A stretch of 64,000 bases of DNA, taken from sequence record MW735835.1; one strand, written 5' to 3'. Each line of letters begins with the position of its first letter. The first letter of the stretch is position 1. Under the pieces are notes generated by a model. That model was given only the letters and a program-made list of their open reading frames with translations, had not been told where the DNA came from and made no database searches. This document shows positions 55,010 to 63,685 of the stretch, in pieces. This DNA is from Pseudomonas phage pPa_SNUABM_DT01. The position numbers were made by a program, and so were the translations under genes.

Positions 55010-56047
55010 ATGGGTGGTAATGCACTGGCTCCGTTTGGAGCGCGTCGCGTAGACGCAAAGACTGCAAAAGCAGTGACCAGAAAGATGTTCGACGTGATGT
55101 CTGCTATCGCGGTCAAGCACGGCCTGGTTCTGAACATGCACCTGATTCCGGCTTATCGCACCAAGCCGGACTTCGGTGACCTGGACTTCGTCGTTGACAG
55201 TCGCTTCATGCAGGGGATCGACCGTACCACCCTCCTTGCCGAGTTGAAAGAACACTTCAACGCGGACATTCCGTTCAACAATGGTGGAACGGTGCTAAGT
55301 GTTGGCGTTCCGTTGGAAGAAGGTGGGTGTCTACAAGTCGATCTCATCTGGACTGCCGAAGAGAACATCAACACTTCGTTGGCGTACTTTGCCTGGAACG
55401 ATCTCGGTAACCTGATGGGTCGGATCGCGCACAAGTTCGGTTTGAAGTATGGCCATGATGGTTTGTGGATCGTCCTCCGTGACGGCACCTATGAGTTCGG
55501 CAAGATCCTCATCACGCGGGACACTGCCGAAGCTCTGACCTTCATGGGCTACGATCCCGTACGTTGGCTAGAAGGGTTCGAAACCCGTGACGATATCTAC
55601 CGTTTCACGGCATCGACTCGTTTCTTCAACAAAGCGATCTTCGAACTGGACAACCGGAACCACACGGCACGGGTACGTGAGAAGAAACGTCCTGTGTACA
55701 TGGAGTTCCTGGAGTGGGTGAAGAACCCGCCGTTCGAGTTGGCTGAGTACGAGTTCCCTGCGGACAAGTCGCTGAACCTCCCTCGTCTGTTTGAAGTGTT
55801 CCCACATGTCAAGCCGATCTACGAGAAAGAGTGGGCGAAGCTGGAAGAGCAGAAGTACCTCAAGACCCGGTTCAACGCAAGCCTTGTGAAAGAAATCACA
55901 GGGCGTGAAGATCGGGCGCTGGGTGATTACATGAAGCACTTCAAAGCAAACCACTGGAGTGCACTGGCGGACATCCGGAATATGTCGGACGACCAAGTCC
56001 GTGACCTGATCGTCCGTGTCGAGAAGGAATTGACTGAGATGGCGTAA
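55010..56047 (+). CDS. Hypothetical protein (345 aa) upstream of the CCA enzyme, possibly nucleotidyltransferase-like (GDLDFVV)
   Basis: ATG with taaggagaaaaca RBS. Only a weak h-G-D-h-D-h signature. Confidence 0.5.
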   Translation: MGGNALAPFGARRVDAKTAKAVTRKMFDVMSAIAVKHGLVLNMHLIPAYRTKPDFGDLDFVVDSRFMQGIDRTTLLAELKEHFNADIPFNNGGTVLSVGVPLEEGGCLQVDLIWTAEENINTSLAYFAWNDLGNLMGRIAHKFGLKYGHDGLWIVLRDGTYEFGKILITRDTAEALTFMGYDPVRWLEGFETRDDIYRFTASTRFFNKAIFELDNRNHTARVREKKRPVYMEFLEWVKNPPFELAEYEFPADKSLNLPRLFEVFPHVKPIYEKEWAKLEEQKYLKTRFNASLVKEITGREDRALGDYMKHFKANHWSALADIRNMSDDQVRDLIVRVEKELTEMA

Positions 56048-56067
56048 GCTACTCATAAGGAGTCTAA

Positions 56068-57378
56068 ATGGAAGTATTTCTGGTAGGTGGGTTTGTCCGG
56101 GATACACTTCTCGGACTCTCGCCGAACGATCGCGACTATGTCGTGGTTGGAGAAAGCCCAGAAAGCATGCTGGCGAAGGGGTTCACCCAAGTGGGTGGCC
56201 ACTTCCCGGTATTCTTGCATCCCGAAACCCAAGAAGAATATGCCCTGGCCCGGCAAGAGGTGAGCACCGGTGACGGTTACGGTGACTTCACCTATAACTG
56301 GGACGGGGTGTCGCTCGAGATGGACTTGAGCCGTCGTGATTTGACGATCAATGCCATGGCGATTGACACCAACGGTGAAGTGGTAGACCTGTTTGGAGGG
56401 GTAGCTGACCTCAACGCACGACTACTGCGGCACGTAGGTCCTGCATTCGTTGAAGACCCGTTACGGATCATGCGTGTGGCTCGTCTGTCTGCGGTATTGG
56501 GCTTCGACATCGCGTACGAAACCATGGCCCTCATGAAAGAAATGGTGGCCAAGGGCATGCTTCAGGCGTTACCGGGCGAACGCGTGTGGAAAGAGACTGA
56601 GAAGGCTCTGCTCAGCAAAGAACCGAGTCGGTATTTCAAGGTGCTGAAGGAATGCGGTGCTCTCCATGTCTGGTTCCCTGAACTGGACTTGATGGATCGT
56701 GTCCCGCAGCGTCCTGATTACCACGCTGAAGGCGATGTCTGGGTGCACACCCTGATGGTGCTGGATGAATCGGTGCCGCTGACCATGCATTTGGATCGTG
56801 AGCGTTGCTTGCGAGTGCGTTACGCCACGTTGACGCATGACTTCGGTAAGCTGGGCACACCGCAGAAGCTCTTGTGGGCAGATGACGGTGAGTTGCTGGG
56901 CAAACACCATGGTCATGAGGACCCAGATCGCTTTGGTCCGTTCCTGATGGCCTTCTCCAACCGGATTAAGGTGCCTACTCGCCTGCGTAAGTTCGCTCAT
57001 GTCGTGTCGGTCATTCATCAGAATGTCCACTCGATCAAGAAGATGTCTCCTAAGGGCCTGGTGTCGTTGTTCGACAAGGTCGGCGGTAACCGTTCCATTC
57101 GCGATGATGAATACTACCTGGAAGATCTCTCGATCGCCTGCTTGGCTGATAGCCTCGGTAGGCTGATAACCAAAGAAGATGGGTCGCTGGCTCAGATTCC
57201 CGGGTATCCTCAAGGCCAGTACTTCATCGACACCATGACACTCATCAACAACGTCGATGCTGGCGAGATCATGCAGAAAGAACTGGCCAAACGATGGCCG
57301 GTGAAGAAAGCACTGGAGAGCGTCCGGTCTGCTCGCAGTAAGGCAGTCGCTCCCTACGTCCGATCCCATAAATCTTAG
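56068..57378 (+). CDS. cca: tRNA nucleotidyltransferase (CCA-adding enzyme, class II) with C-terminal HD domain
   Basis: VGGFVRDTLLGLSPNDRDYVVVG. FPVFLHPETQEEYALARQE (near-identical to the E. coli Cca motif). RRDLTINAMAID. DPLRIMRVARLSAVLGF. HD signature YHAEGDVWVHTLMVLD. Confidence 0.8.
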   Translation: MEVFLVGGFVRDTLLGLSPNDRDYVVVGESPESMLAKGFTQVGGHFPVFLHPETQEEYALARQEVSTGDGYGDFTYNWDGVSLEMDLSRRDLTINAMAIDTNGEVVDLFGGVADLNARLLRHVGPAFVEDPLRIMRVARLSAVLGFDIAYETMALMKEMVAKGMLQALPGERVWKETEKALLSKEPSRYFKVLKECGALHVWFPELDLMDRVPQRPDYHAEGDVWVHTLMVLDESVPLTMHLDRERCLRVRYATLTHDFGKLGTPQKLLWADDGELLGKHHGHEDPDRFGPFLMAFSNRIKVPTRLRKFAHVVSVIHQNVHSIKKMSPKGLVSLFDKVGGNRSIRDDEYYLEDLSIACLADSLGRLITKEDGSLAQIPGYPQGQYFIDTMTLINNVDAGEIMQKELAKRWPVKKALESVRSARSKAVAPYVRSHKS

Positions 57379-57386
57379 GAGTCCGT

Positions 57387-57884
57387 ATGGACCGTGAGTT
57401 TCTTGCTGAAATCGATCCTATCATCGCACAGATCAAGTCCGATGATGCAGGCAACTACGTCTTCCACCCGACCGAGAAGTCGTACGCCCTGATCCTGATC
57501 GACCGTACCATCGACATCTACGCTCGCATCCAGCACACCGGCCTGCAAGAGGCCATGAAGGACATGTGCGGCGTATTCGACCTCGTGTACGAGCCGCCGC
57601 AGGGCTGGAAGCTGAACGGGGTGTCATCGTTCTCGATCACTCTGATCGGCCAACGTGTCGACGTGTCGCTCGAGTTCTCCCGACACAACCCTGAAGACTC
57701 GAGCGTCATCGAGAAGGACCGGAAGGACTACGTGATCGAGCTGGCGAACTTCGCCGAGCGTGTCTACCTGTGTCGTATCCTCAGTGGCATCAATGTCAAC
57801 ATGCCTGTACACCGTAACCGTCAGCTGGACTTCGTGTTCACGTACGACGGTAAGGAACTGGCTATCAGTAAGCCGGGGGAGTGA
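57387..57884 (+). CDS. Hypothetical protein (165 aa)
   Basis: ATG with ttaggagtccgt RBS. Confidence 0.5.
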   Translation: MDREFLAEIDPIIAQIKSDDAGNYVFHPTEKSYALILIDRTIDIYARIQHTGLQEAMKDMCGVFDLVYEPPQGWKLNGVSSFSITLIGQRVDVSLEFSRHNPEDSSVIEKDRKDYVIELANFAERVYLCRILSGINVNMPVHRNRQLDFVFTYDGKELAISKPGE

Positions 57885-58525
57885 TGAACCACTTTCTTAC
57901 TCGTCTGGAAGGTAAGCTGCTGGTAGTCCTTGAGACGAATCCCAGTGCTAACCTTCCATACCACAACAACGAACACATGAAACAGATGTGGGCGCTGGCC
58001 AGGACCATCTGGGAACGTGAGGAGGAAGATGTCGGTCTGGGCGATTCCACTTGGAACTACGTGGTGCTGATGTTCGCCTGCCTGTTCCATGATTGGGATC
58101 ATTCCGGTGGCCACGACTCCGATCACTACAACGTGCTCCGGGCTCGTGAGTTCGTCGAAGAGCTGATCGCCAAGAATGGTTACACCCTCCCGGGGCGTGT
58201 CATCAAGGCGATTGACGATGCGATCGCCGTGACCGAGTTCCCCTTCGTTATCCAGCCGAAGAATCGACTGGAAGCAGTGATTCGCGATGCGGACTCACTG
58301 TATGCCACTCATCGTCGCGACCCTACCGTCATCATTGACGGCTTGCGTCAAGAGATGGAAGTCAAGTTTGGCAATGCGATCTCTGACCAGCAGATGCTGG
58401 ACGGTCATATCGACTTCATGGCCAAGACCACCATGTTCACCAAAACCGCCCACGATATCTGGGCTGCCAACGCGCAGCCGTTCGTGGAAGACCTGAAACG
58501 CTACGTTAAAGAACGAGGTAATTGA
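57884..58525 (+). CDS. HD-domain metal-dependent phosphohydrolase (213 aa)
   Basis: H..H (NNEHMKQM) .. FHDWDH .. D pattern characteristic of the HD superfamily. ATGA-coupled. Confidence 0.5.
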   Translation: MNHFLTRLEGKLLVVLETNPSANLPYHNNEHMKQMWALARTIWEREEEDVGLGDSTWNYVVLMFACLFHDWDHSGGHDSDHYNVLRAREFVEELIAKNGYTLPGRVIKAIDDAIAVTEFPFVIQPKNRLEAVIRDADSLYATHRRDPTVIIDGLRQEMEVKFGNAISDQQMLDGHIDFMAKTTMFTKTAHDIWAANAQPFVEDLKRYVKERGN

Positions 58526-58830
58526 TGTCTACTCACCAGGTACGCAGCTACACCCTGAGCGGTGCTGCCATGGACGTGTTCACCAAGCTGTATCACAAAG
58601 GTCCGCAGGAAGACGGCGATCTGCCGAGCAAAGCCGGCATGACCGAATTGATCGATCTCGGCCTGGCCAAGAAAGACACCCGTCAAGACGGCATCAACAA
58701 GCTGACCAAACTCGGTGAGCATGAAGCGGGCGTGTACTTCACCCAAGTGGCCGTCAACAAGCAGCAAGAAGAAGCTGCTGCACGTGAAGCCGAGGAAGAG
58801 GATACCACCGATGAAGCAGAGCAGGCGTAA
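58525..58830 (+). CDS. Hypothetical acidic protein (101 aa)
   Basis: ATG overlapping the previous stop. The ORF track lists 58522. Confidence 0.45.
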   Translation: MSTHQVRSYTLSGAAMDVFTKLYHKGPQEDGDLPSKAGMTELIDLGLAKKDTRQDGINKLTKLGEHEAGVYFTQVAVNKQQEEAAAREAEEEDTTDEAEQA

Positions 58831-59107
58831 TTTCCTGCGGATGATCGGTGTAGGTGCAGGAGCGGCAATTGCCGCTCCTGTGTTTGCACTGGTCCCTGAA
58901 CCGCAGGTCGACTTGGCCGCCCTCGAAGCTGAGTATCATCAGAAGGTCCTTGACGATCTGCTGACCCGCATCCGTGAAGGCGTCTACGAACAGGTCCAGA
59001 ATAGCAACTACGAAACTGCCCTCGAAGCTGCTCGTGGTGACGCGTTTGCCAACATGCTCTTTCAGAACCGGGTGGTAACGCCCGATGAAGTTGGACTCTT
59101 CGTATAA
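58811..59107 (+). CDS. Small exported protein with twin-arginine (Tat) signal peptide (98 aa)
   Basis: MKQSRRNFLRMIGVGAGAAIAAPVFA: S-R-R-x-F-L motif, hydrophobic core, A-x-A cleavage-like site. The ORF track lists 58715-59107. Confidence 0.45.
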   Translation: MKQSRRNFLRMIGVGAGAAIAAPVFALVPEPQVDLAALEAEYHQKVLDDLLTRIREGVYEQVQNSNYETALEAARGDAFANMLFQNRVVTPDEVGLFV

Positions 59108-59137
59108 ACGCTCTAAGAGCACAACAAGGACTAAGAA

Positions 59138-59560
59138 ATGAAGAAGTACAGCCTGTTTCTCGCCGTCGCTTTCGCTTCCCTGACCCACATCGCCCCGACT
59201 CAAGCAGCCGAGATCATCGGCGAGGTAACGGCGGTCGTCGAGAAGGCAACCTGCACGCTCGTAGCGAAGGAAGACACCACCGGGAAGACCGTGGTAGGTG
59301 GTGGCGCTGGCGCGGTCGGTGGGGCCGTTGTAGGCCGTCTGATAGGGGGTAAGAAAGGTACCGGGTGGGGTGCACTGATTGGTGCCGGTGCTGGTGCCCT
59401 GATCGGTAACAACATGGGCGACGAGACCTACTCGTGCAACCTGATCATTACTGCTGATGGCAAGCGCCAGATGGTCGATGCGACCACCGAGAAGAAGCTC
59501 AAGCAGGGTGACCAGATCACCCTGATCAAGACCGACGACGGGAAACTGTCTGTCATGTGA
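59138..59560 (+). CDS. Secreted glycine-zipper protein (140 aa; Sec signal peptide, GxxxG repeats)
   Basis: MKKYSLFLAVAFASLTHIAPTQAAE signal. GGGAGAVGGAVVGRLIGGKKGTGWGALIGAGAGALIG glycine zipper. RBS aaggactaagaa. Confidence 0.55.
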   Translation: MKKYSLFLAVAFASLTHIAPTQAAEIIGEVTAVVEKATCTLVAKEDTTGKTVVGGGAGAVGGAVVGRLIGGKKGTGWGALIGAGAGALIGNNMGDETYSCNLIITADGKRQMVDATTEKKLKQGDQITLIKTDDGKLSVM

Positions 59561-59659
59561 TCCAAGCGTCCGAGGGGTAACTCCCTCGGACTGTATACCG
59601 CATTGGATTTTTCTTTGGTCCTACATTATCCAGCAGCACTAAGCTAAGGGGGTAACACC

Positions 59660-59938
59660 ATGAGCGAGTCACCAGAAGAGTTTGGGCCACTGACGCCTGA
59701 ACAAGAACAAGAGATGCTCCGTCATCCGTTGAACGGACAGTACATCCACGAGCTGGAAGAGGATGTCAAGTACTACAGCCGTGTGCTCAAGGACACTTCG
59801 GAAGGCGATCCAGTACATCGCCGCTTTACCGCCCAGCTGGAATCCACGCAGCGTTACATTAACCTTCGCCGTCGGTTTGACCAATACGGCGTCGCTACCA
59901 TCTTCGACCTGGACAAAGTCCACGACACCCGCCGTTAA
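59660..59938 (+). CDS. Hypothetical protein (92 aa)
   Basis: ATG with ctaagggggtaacacc RBS. Confidence 0.5.
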   Translation: MSESPEEFGPLTPEQEQEMLRHPLNGQYIHELEEDVKYYSRVLKDTSEGDPVHRRFTAQLESTQRYINLRRRFDQYGVATIFDLDKVHDTRR

Positions 59939-59967
59939 TTCACCCAGCAATCATCAGGAGATACCCC

Positions 59968-60306
59968 ATGAACAAAGCACTCGACGAACTGATGTGGGCT
60001 GCTCACCGCGCGGAAGGTGAAGCCGCTCATGCAATCGACAACACCGAAGGGATGTTCATCGACATCCGTGACGAGCAACAACTGCCCGTTGAAGGTGACA
60101 TCGAAGGTATCCATACCTTTAACCTGGGCGTGTCCATGGGTATCAAAACCTTCCTGGATCATTTGTCCACGGCAGGCTACAGCATCGTTACTCCTGACGG
60201 TGACGTCATTGCGCCTCATAGCGAAGGCTGCAAGACCGAACCGCTGGGTGAGACCTGGCAACACTGGCTGCTCTCGGGTGGCAAGAACCTGCGGGTGGCG
60301 GAATGA
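59968..60306 (+). CDS. Hypothetical protein (112 aa)
   Basis: ATG with atcaggagatacccc RBS. Confidence 0.5.
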   Translation: MNKALDELMWAAHRAEGEAAHAIDNTEGMFIDIRDEQQLPVEGDIEGIHTFNLGVSMGIKTFLDHLSTAGYSIVTPDGDVIAPHSEGCKTEPLGETWQHWLLSGGKNLRVAE

Positions 60307-60659
60307 AAACGGCAGTAGATCTCCACGTGCGTGTGAAAAGTGTCTACCTTGCTTCCACGCACCATTATAAACGCCTGAAGGGAGGCAAACAACTCAGTCG
60401 TATTCGCCGTTGTGTGAAGGACGTTACAACCGAAGTCAGACCCAAGCAGGACGCTGTTAATGGCATCAACCTGATCATCGAAGTCCGTGATCGTCAATTC
60501 ACGGGTCGTCTGGAAGGTGTCCTGTGCAAGAAGACCGGTACCATCAGCTTCGCGGTTGTCGATTCCCAGATGTCCAGTTACCTGAAGAAGAAACGCTTCA
60601 ATGTAATTGGTTATGAACTCGAAGCCCGCCAAACCAACCTCAATCGCCGTAAAACGTAA
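60303..60659 (+). CDS. Hypothetical basic protein (118 aa), ATGA-coupled
   Basis: 4-nt overlap with the previous gene. Confidence 0.5.
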   Translation: MKTAVDLHVRVKSVYLASTHHYKRLKGGKQLSRIRRCVKDVTTEVRPKQDAVNGINLIIEVRDRQFTGRLEGVLCKKTGTISFAVVDSQMSSYLKKKRFNVIGYELEARQTNLNRRKT

Positions 60660-60670
60660 GAGAGATAACC

Positions 60671-60904
60671 ATGAGTGAGAACAAAAGCGCTGTAGATTTC
60701 ATCCTGGATCAGGCTGACCAGTTTGATCCGACCACCGTGCCCGGCTTTGAAGAGCGGGACAAGGCCGGTGAGTTCAAGAACAAGACCCCGTCCGAGATCC
60801 GCGAGATCCTCCTGAACGAAGCCGAGATGGAGGATTACAACCGCGAAGAGGCCGACGCCATGGAAGAAGAAGACCGTCGTAATGAGGAGCGCGATGATGG
60901 CTGA
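60671..60904 (+). CDS. Small acidic protein (77 aa)
   Basis: ATG with agagataacc upstream. Confidence 0.45.
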   Translation: MSENKSAVDFILDQADQFDPTTVPGFEERDKAGEFKNKTPSEIREILLNEAEMEDYNREEADAMEEEDRRNEERDDG

Positions 60905-61205
60905 GAAAGACGATCAGCTGGCTGAAGACCTGCGCGTACCTGTCGGCGGTTTCTCGGTCAGCACTCAGCTGAAAGCGCAGCTGTCCGGCGTCAAGAAGCT
61001 CCTGGAAACCGACTACTCCAAGTTCAAGGAGAAGAAGGCCTACAGGCTGAAGAAGATCCCGGACGCCGCCTACTTCATCAACTACATCGCCGTGTGCCCG
61101 AACAGCGGTCTGCCAATGGCCCTGGGCTTCACGGTGACCACCACTGGCTACGCTCCTCAGGCAATGCTGCTGAAGGACCTCAAACCGGAAGAAGTGTTCT
61201 TCTAA
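60894..61205 (+). CDS. Hypothetical protein (103 aa; the ORF track starts at 60882)
   Basis: ATGATG at 60894. Overlaps the previous gene by 11 nt. Confidence 0.45.
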   Translation: MMAEKDDQLAEDLRVPVGGFSVSTQLKAQLSGVKKLLETDYSKFKEKKAYRLKKIPDAAYFINYIAVCPNSGLPMALGFTVTTTGYAPQAMLLKDLKPEEVFF

Positions 61206-61214
61206 GGAGTTGTC

Positions 61215-61538
61215 ATGTCGCTGAAAGAAGACGATCCCTGGGCAGGGACGATCGACCTCACTCAGGCCAGTTTCGGGCGAGGGCGCGAGATCAAGGTCCA
61301 GTTGATGGTGGCGCACCAGTTGGCCACCATGGATTTCAGTGGTTTCAAGGCCAAGCACTGCTACCGGGTGCGTGGTCAAGAAGATGCTGTCTTCTACATC
61401 AACGAGATCCAGAAGCACCACGAATCGGCCATGCCGGAAGCCTGCGGGTTCTTGTGCATTCCCGGCTCCCTGAAACCTGCCCGTGTCATGCTCACTGAGT
61501 TGGGCGGGGAGGTGTTCATTGGTCCTTCCGTACTCTAA
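61215..61538 (+). CDS. Hypothetical protein (107 aa)
   Basis: ATG with ctaaggagttgtc RBS. Confidence 0.5.
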   Translation: MSLKEDDPWAGTIDLTQASFGRGREIKVQLMVAHQLATMDFSGFKAKHCYRVRGQEDAVFYINEIQKHHESAMPEACGFLCIPGSLKPARVMLTELGGEVFIGPSVL

Positions 61539-61569
61539 GCAGAAGCCATCTGTTGGTGGTCTGGCGCTG

Positions 61570-61782
61570 ATGGTTCCGGCCAACGACAACAAGCCAGACT
61601 TCGTCATCATTGGCGACCATACCAGGCTCTCCGTCAAGGCGTCTCTCTGGTTCAAGGTACGGGCAACCGTTCAGCACCAGTGGGCCTACGATCAACTCAA
61701 GAAGTTCGCTGAAGCGAATGAAATGAGTGAGCCGATCTTGGTCATCATCGATTACGACCACCAAGTCATCAAGCCGAAATAG
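61570..61782 (+). CDS. Small hypothetical protein (70 aa; the ORF track lists 61483-61782)
   Basis: In-frame ATG at 61570. Weak RBS. Confidence 0.3.
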   Translation: MVPANDNKPDFVIIGDHTRLSVKASLWFKVRATVQHQWAYDQLKKFAEANEMSEPILVIIDYDHQVIKPK

Positions 61783-61812
61783 AGGAGAGGCCTTCGGGCC
61801 TCTCCTTTTCAC
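61780..61812 (+). terminator. Terminator agaggagaggcc-TTCG-ggcctctcct plus TTTC
   Basis: 10-bp stem, UUCG loop, short T-run. Confidence 0.55.
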
Positions 61813-61829
61813 CATCGTGAGGGAACGAC

Positions 61830-62639
61830 ATGTACACTGCCAAGTCTTCAGGGATCGTGCAATACAACGCAAACGACAGTCGCGTTGAGATCCTGCGGCC
61901 GGTCAACGCATCGGAACGTGCAAACCCCGAATCCTTTTATCAGCTTGAGGAATTCCTCACTGGTACCGTGATCCAGATGGTCGCTACCAAGGACCTCAAT
62001 CACTTCCGCCAGCATGAGAACCTGCATGTCTGGGGTAAAGAACTCTACACCATGGAGATGTACGTCAACCTGCTACGAGATGTGCACCGCATGGTGATCG
62101 TTCATGGACCTAATACCGAAGTCTTCGGTCCACAACCAGATCAGGGCTTCATCATGAAGTCCATCGGCAACAAGATGCACGTCGGGATGCAAGTGACCAA
62201 CCAAGCGGTGTTAATGGCCTTGGACACGCACATCGCCGGTATCATGGCAGATGGCACTATCCTGCGTGAAGGGACGGTGTCTTCGTTTGACAGTTTCGTC
62301 GCAATGGCTCAGCAACGTGTCGATAACGCGTTATCAATCATCACCACGGAGGCTTCTGGCTGCTTGCGTCGACAATGGGACCAAGCTGCTGGGTTGGAGA
62401 TCCATGAGATCCAGCACTTCTACGTTCGCAACACGTCGACAGACTGGAAGGACTACCTCGACCTGCAACGGGTCATGGACATCCTCAACGTCTCGCACAC
62501 CACCATCAATCGTTACCGAGCTGGGCAAGTCCCTGCGGGTTGCGATCCCTTCCCCAAACCTGACCGCTTTCGTGGTCGGTCCCCGTACTGGCATAAGAAC
62601 ACCATCGATGGCTGGATCGTCCGCCGGGTAATGGAGTGA
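61830..62639 (+). CDS. Protein with C-terminal AlpA/Xis-like helix-turn-helix (269 aa), putative transcription regulator
   Basis: C-terminal LDLQRVMDILNVSHTTINRYRAGQVPAGCDPFPKPDRFRGRSPYWHKNTIDGWI parallels AlpA-family LRLPEVMRLTGLSRSTIYRLIKAGEFPKPIKLGARSVGWLESEIEEWI. Confidence 0.5.
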   Translation: MYTAKSSGIVQYNANDSRVEILRPVNASERANPESFYQLEEFLTGTVIQMVATKDLNHFRQHENLHVWGKELYTMEMYVNLLRDVHRMVIVHGPNTEVFGPQPDQGFIMKSIGNKMHVGMQVTNQAVLMALDTHIAGIMADGTILREGTVSSFDSFVAMAQQRVDNALSIITTEASGCLRRQWDQAAGLEIHEIQHFYVRNTSTDWKDYLDLQRVMDILNVSHTTINRYRAGQVPAGCDPFPKPDRFRGRSPYWHKNTIDGWIVRRVME

Positions 62640-62641
62640 TC

Positions 62642-62672
62642 GAGGGAGCCTTCGGGCTCCCTCTTATGCCGC
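62642..62672 (+). terminator. Hairpin gagggagcc-TTCG-ggctccctc followed by TTATGCCG
   Basis: 9-bp stem with UUCG loop. An AT-rich leader follows up to 62757. Confidence 0.5.
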
Positions 62673-62756
62673 CTCGCCTATTTATTTTTTCCAAGATATC
62701 CCTATGTACCGCTTTCTTTAATAAGCCTGTTAAGGCTCCCAAACAGGTAGTAAATC

Positions 62757-63674
62757 ATGCCGCCCAGCTTTGAAACACTCAAGACGAAGTTCATGGCGCT
62801 GTTGGTAGCGATCTCTGAGCACCTGGACACCAAGCTGGACAAAACCAGTGCCGCTGTCAGCGCAGATAAGCTTACCAATCCGTTCAGCCTGACTCTCAGT
62901 GGTGATCTTTCTGGTAACGTCTTCATCCAAGGCAATACCAGCATCAACTGGAATGTCACTCTCGTGAATTCCGGCGTTACCGCCGGGGTCTACCCAAAAG
63001 TCACTGTCGATGCCAAAGGCCGTGTGACTGGTGGCGAACTACTTATCGCGGCAGACATCCCTTCCCTAGATGCGGCCAAGATCGGTTCGGGTACCTTTGC
63101 CGTTGCTCGCATTCCGACACTCGATGCATCGAAGGTGGGTACGGGTGTGTTTGACCCTCAGCGTATCCCACTGCCCACTAAACTGGCCGCATCCCGTTCC
63201 TTCACCATGACAGGCGATGGTGATTGGTCGGTCAGTGGTGACCTCAGTGGTAACCTGACCGGCGTCCTGACCCTGGCCAACTCCGGTGTCGTTGCGGGTA
63301 CGTACGGTGGGGCTACTCAGATCCCCCAAGTGACTGTGGATGCCAAAGGCCGTATCACGGGTGTCACGCTGGTGAACATCAAGGCCCAAACGGCCATCCC
63401 GGTGAACGAATACGTGACTGTGGCAGCAGGTGGCGTGAAGCAGTACGACCTGCAAACCCTGCTCGGCGCAGGTCATGCCAGCTTCGACAAGAAGACTGCT
63501 GAGATCTGCGTCCGTGCCAAAGACACCAACAGCGCTTCGCCGATGTACCAGGCGTACGCCAACGCAGAAGCACTGGTCAGTGCGGGCATCAAGGACGAAC
63601 GCTACGTAATCATCGCCAACCAGTCCACTTCCGCGCTGGACCTGTTCGTCAAGGTCCTTGTACATCCTCTTTAA
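62757..63674 (+). CDS. Tail fibre protein with phage tail-fibre repeats (305 aa)
   Basis: Duplicated LTL[AV]NSGV[VT]AG[TV]Y...VTVDAKGR[VI]TG motif (VTLVNSGVTAGVYPKVTVDAKGRVTGG and LTLANSGVVAGTYGGATQIPQVTVDAKGRITGV), the classic tail fibre repeat. Confidence 0.65.
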   Translation: MPPSFETLKTKFMALLVAISEHLDTKLDKTSAAVSADKLTNPFSLTLSGDLSGNVFIQGNTSINWNVTLVNSGVTAGVYPKVTVDAKGRVTGGELLIAADIPSLDAAKIGSGTFAVARIPTLDASKVGTGVFDPQRIPLPTKLAASRSFTMTGDGDWSVSGDLSGNLTGVLTLANSGVVAGTYGGATQIPQVTVDAKGRITGVTLVNIKAQTAIPVNEYVTVAAGGVKQYDLQTLLGAGHASFDKKTAEICVRAKDTNSASPMYQAYANAEALVSAGIKDERYVIIANQSTSALDLFVKVLVHPL

Positions 63675-63685
63675 GGACTGAGCCA

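Noticed and set aside
55010-56047. Calling 55010-56047 a Pol-beta-type nucleotidyltransferase
   Set aside because: Only a weak h-G-D-h-D-h-like GDLDFVV element without the upstream G[SG] motif. Left as hypothetical.
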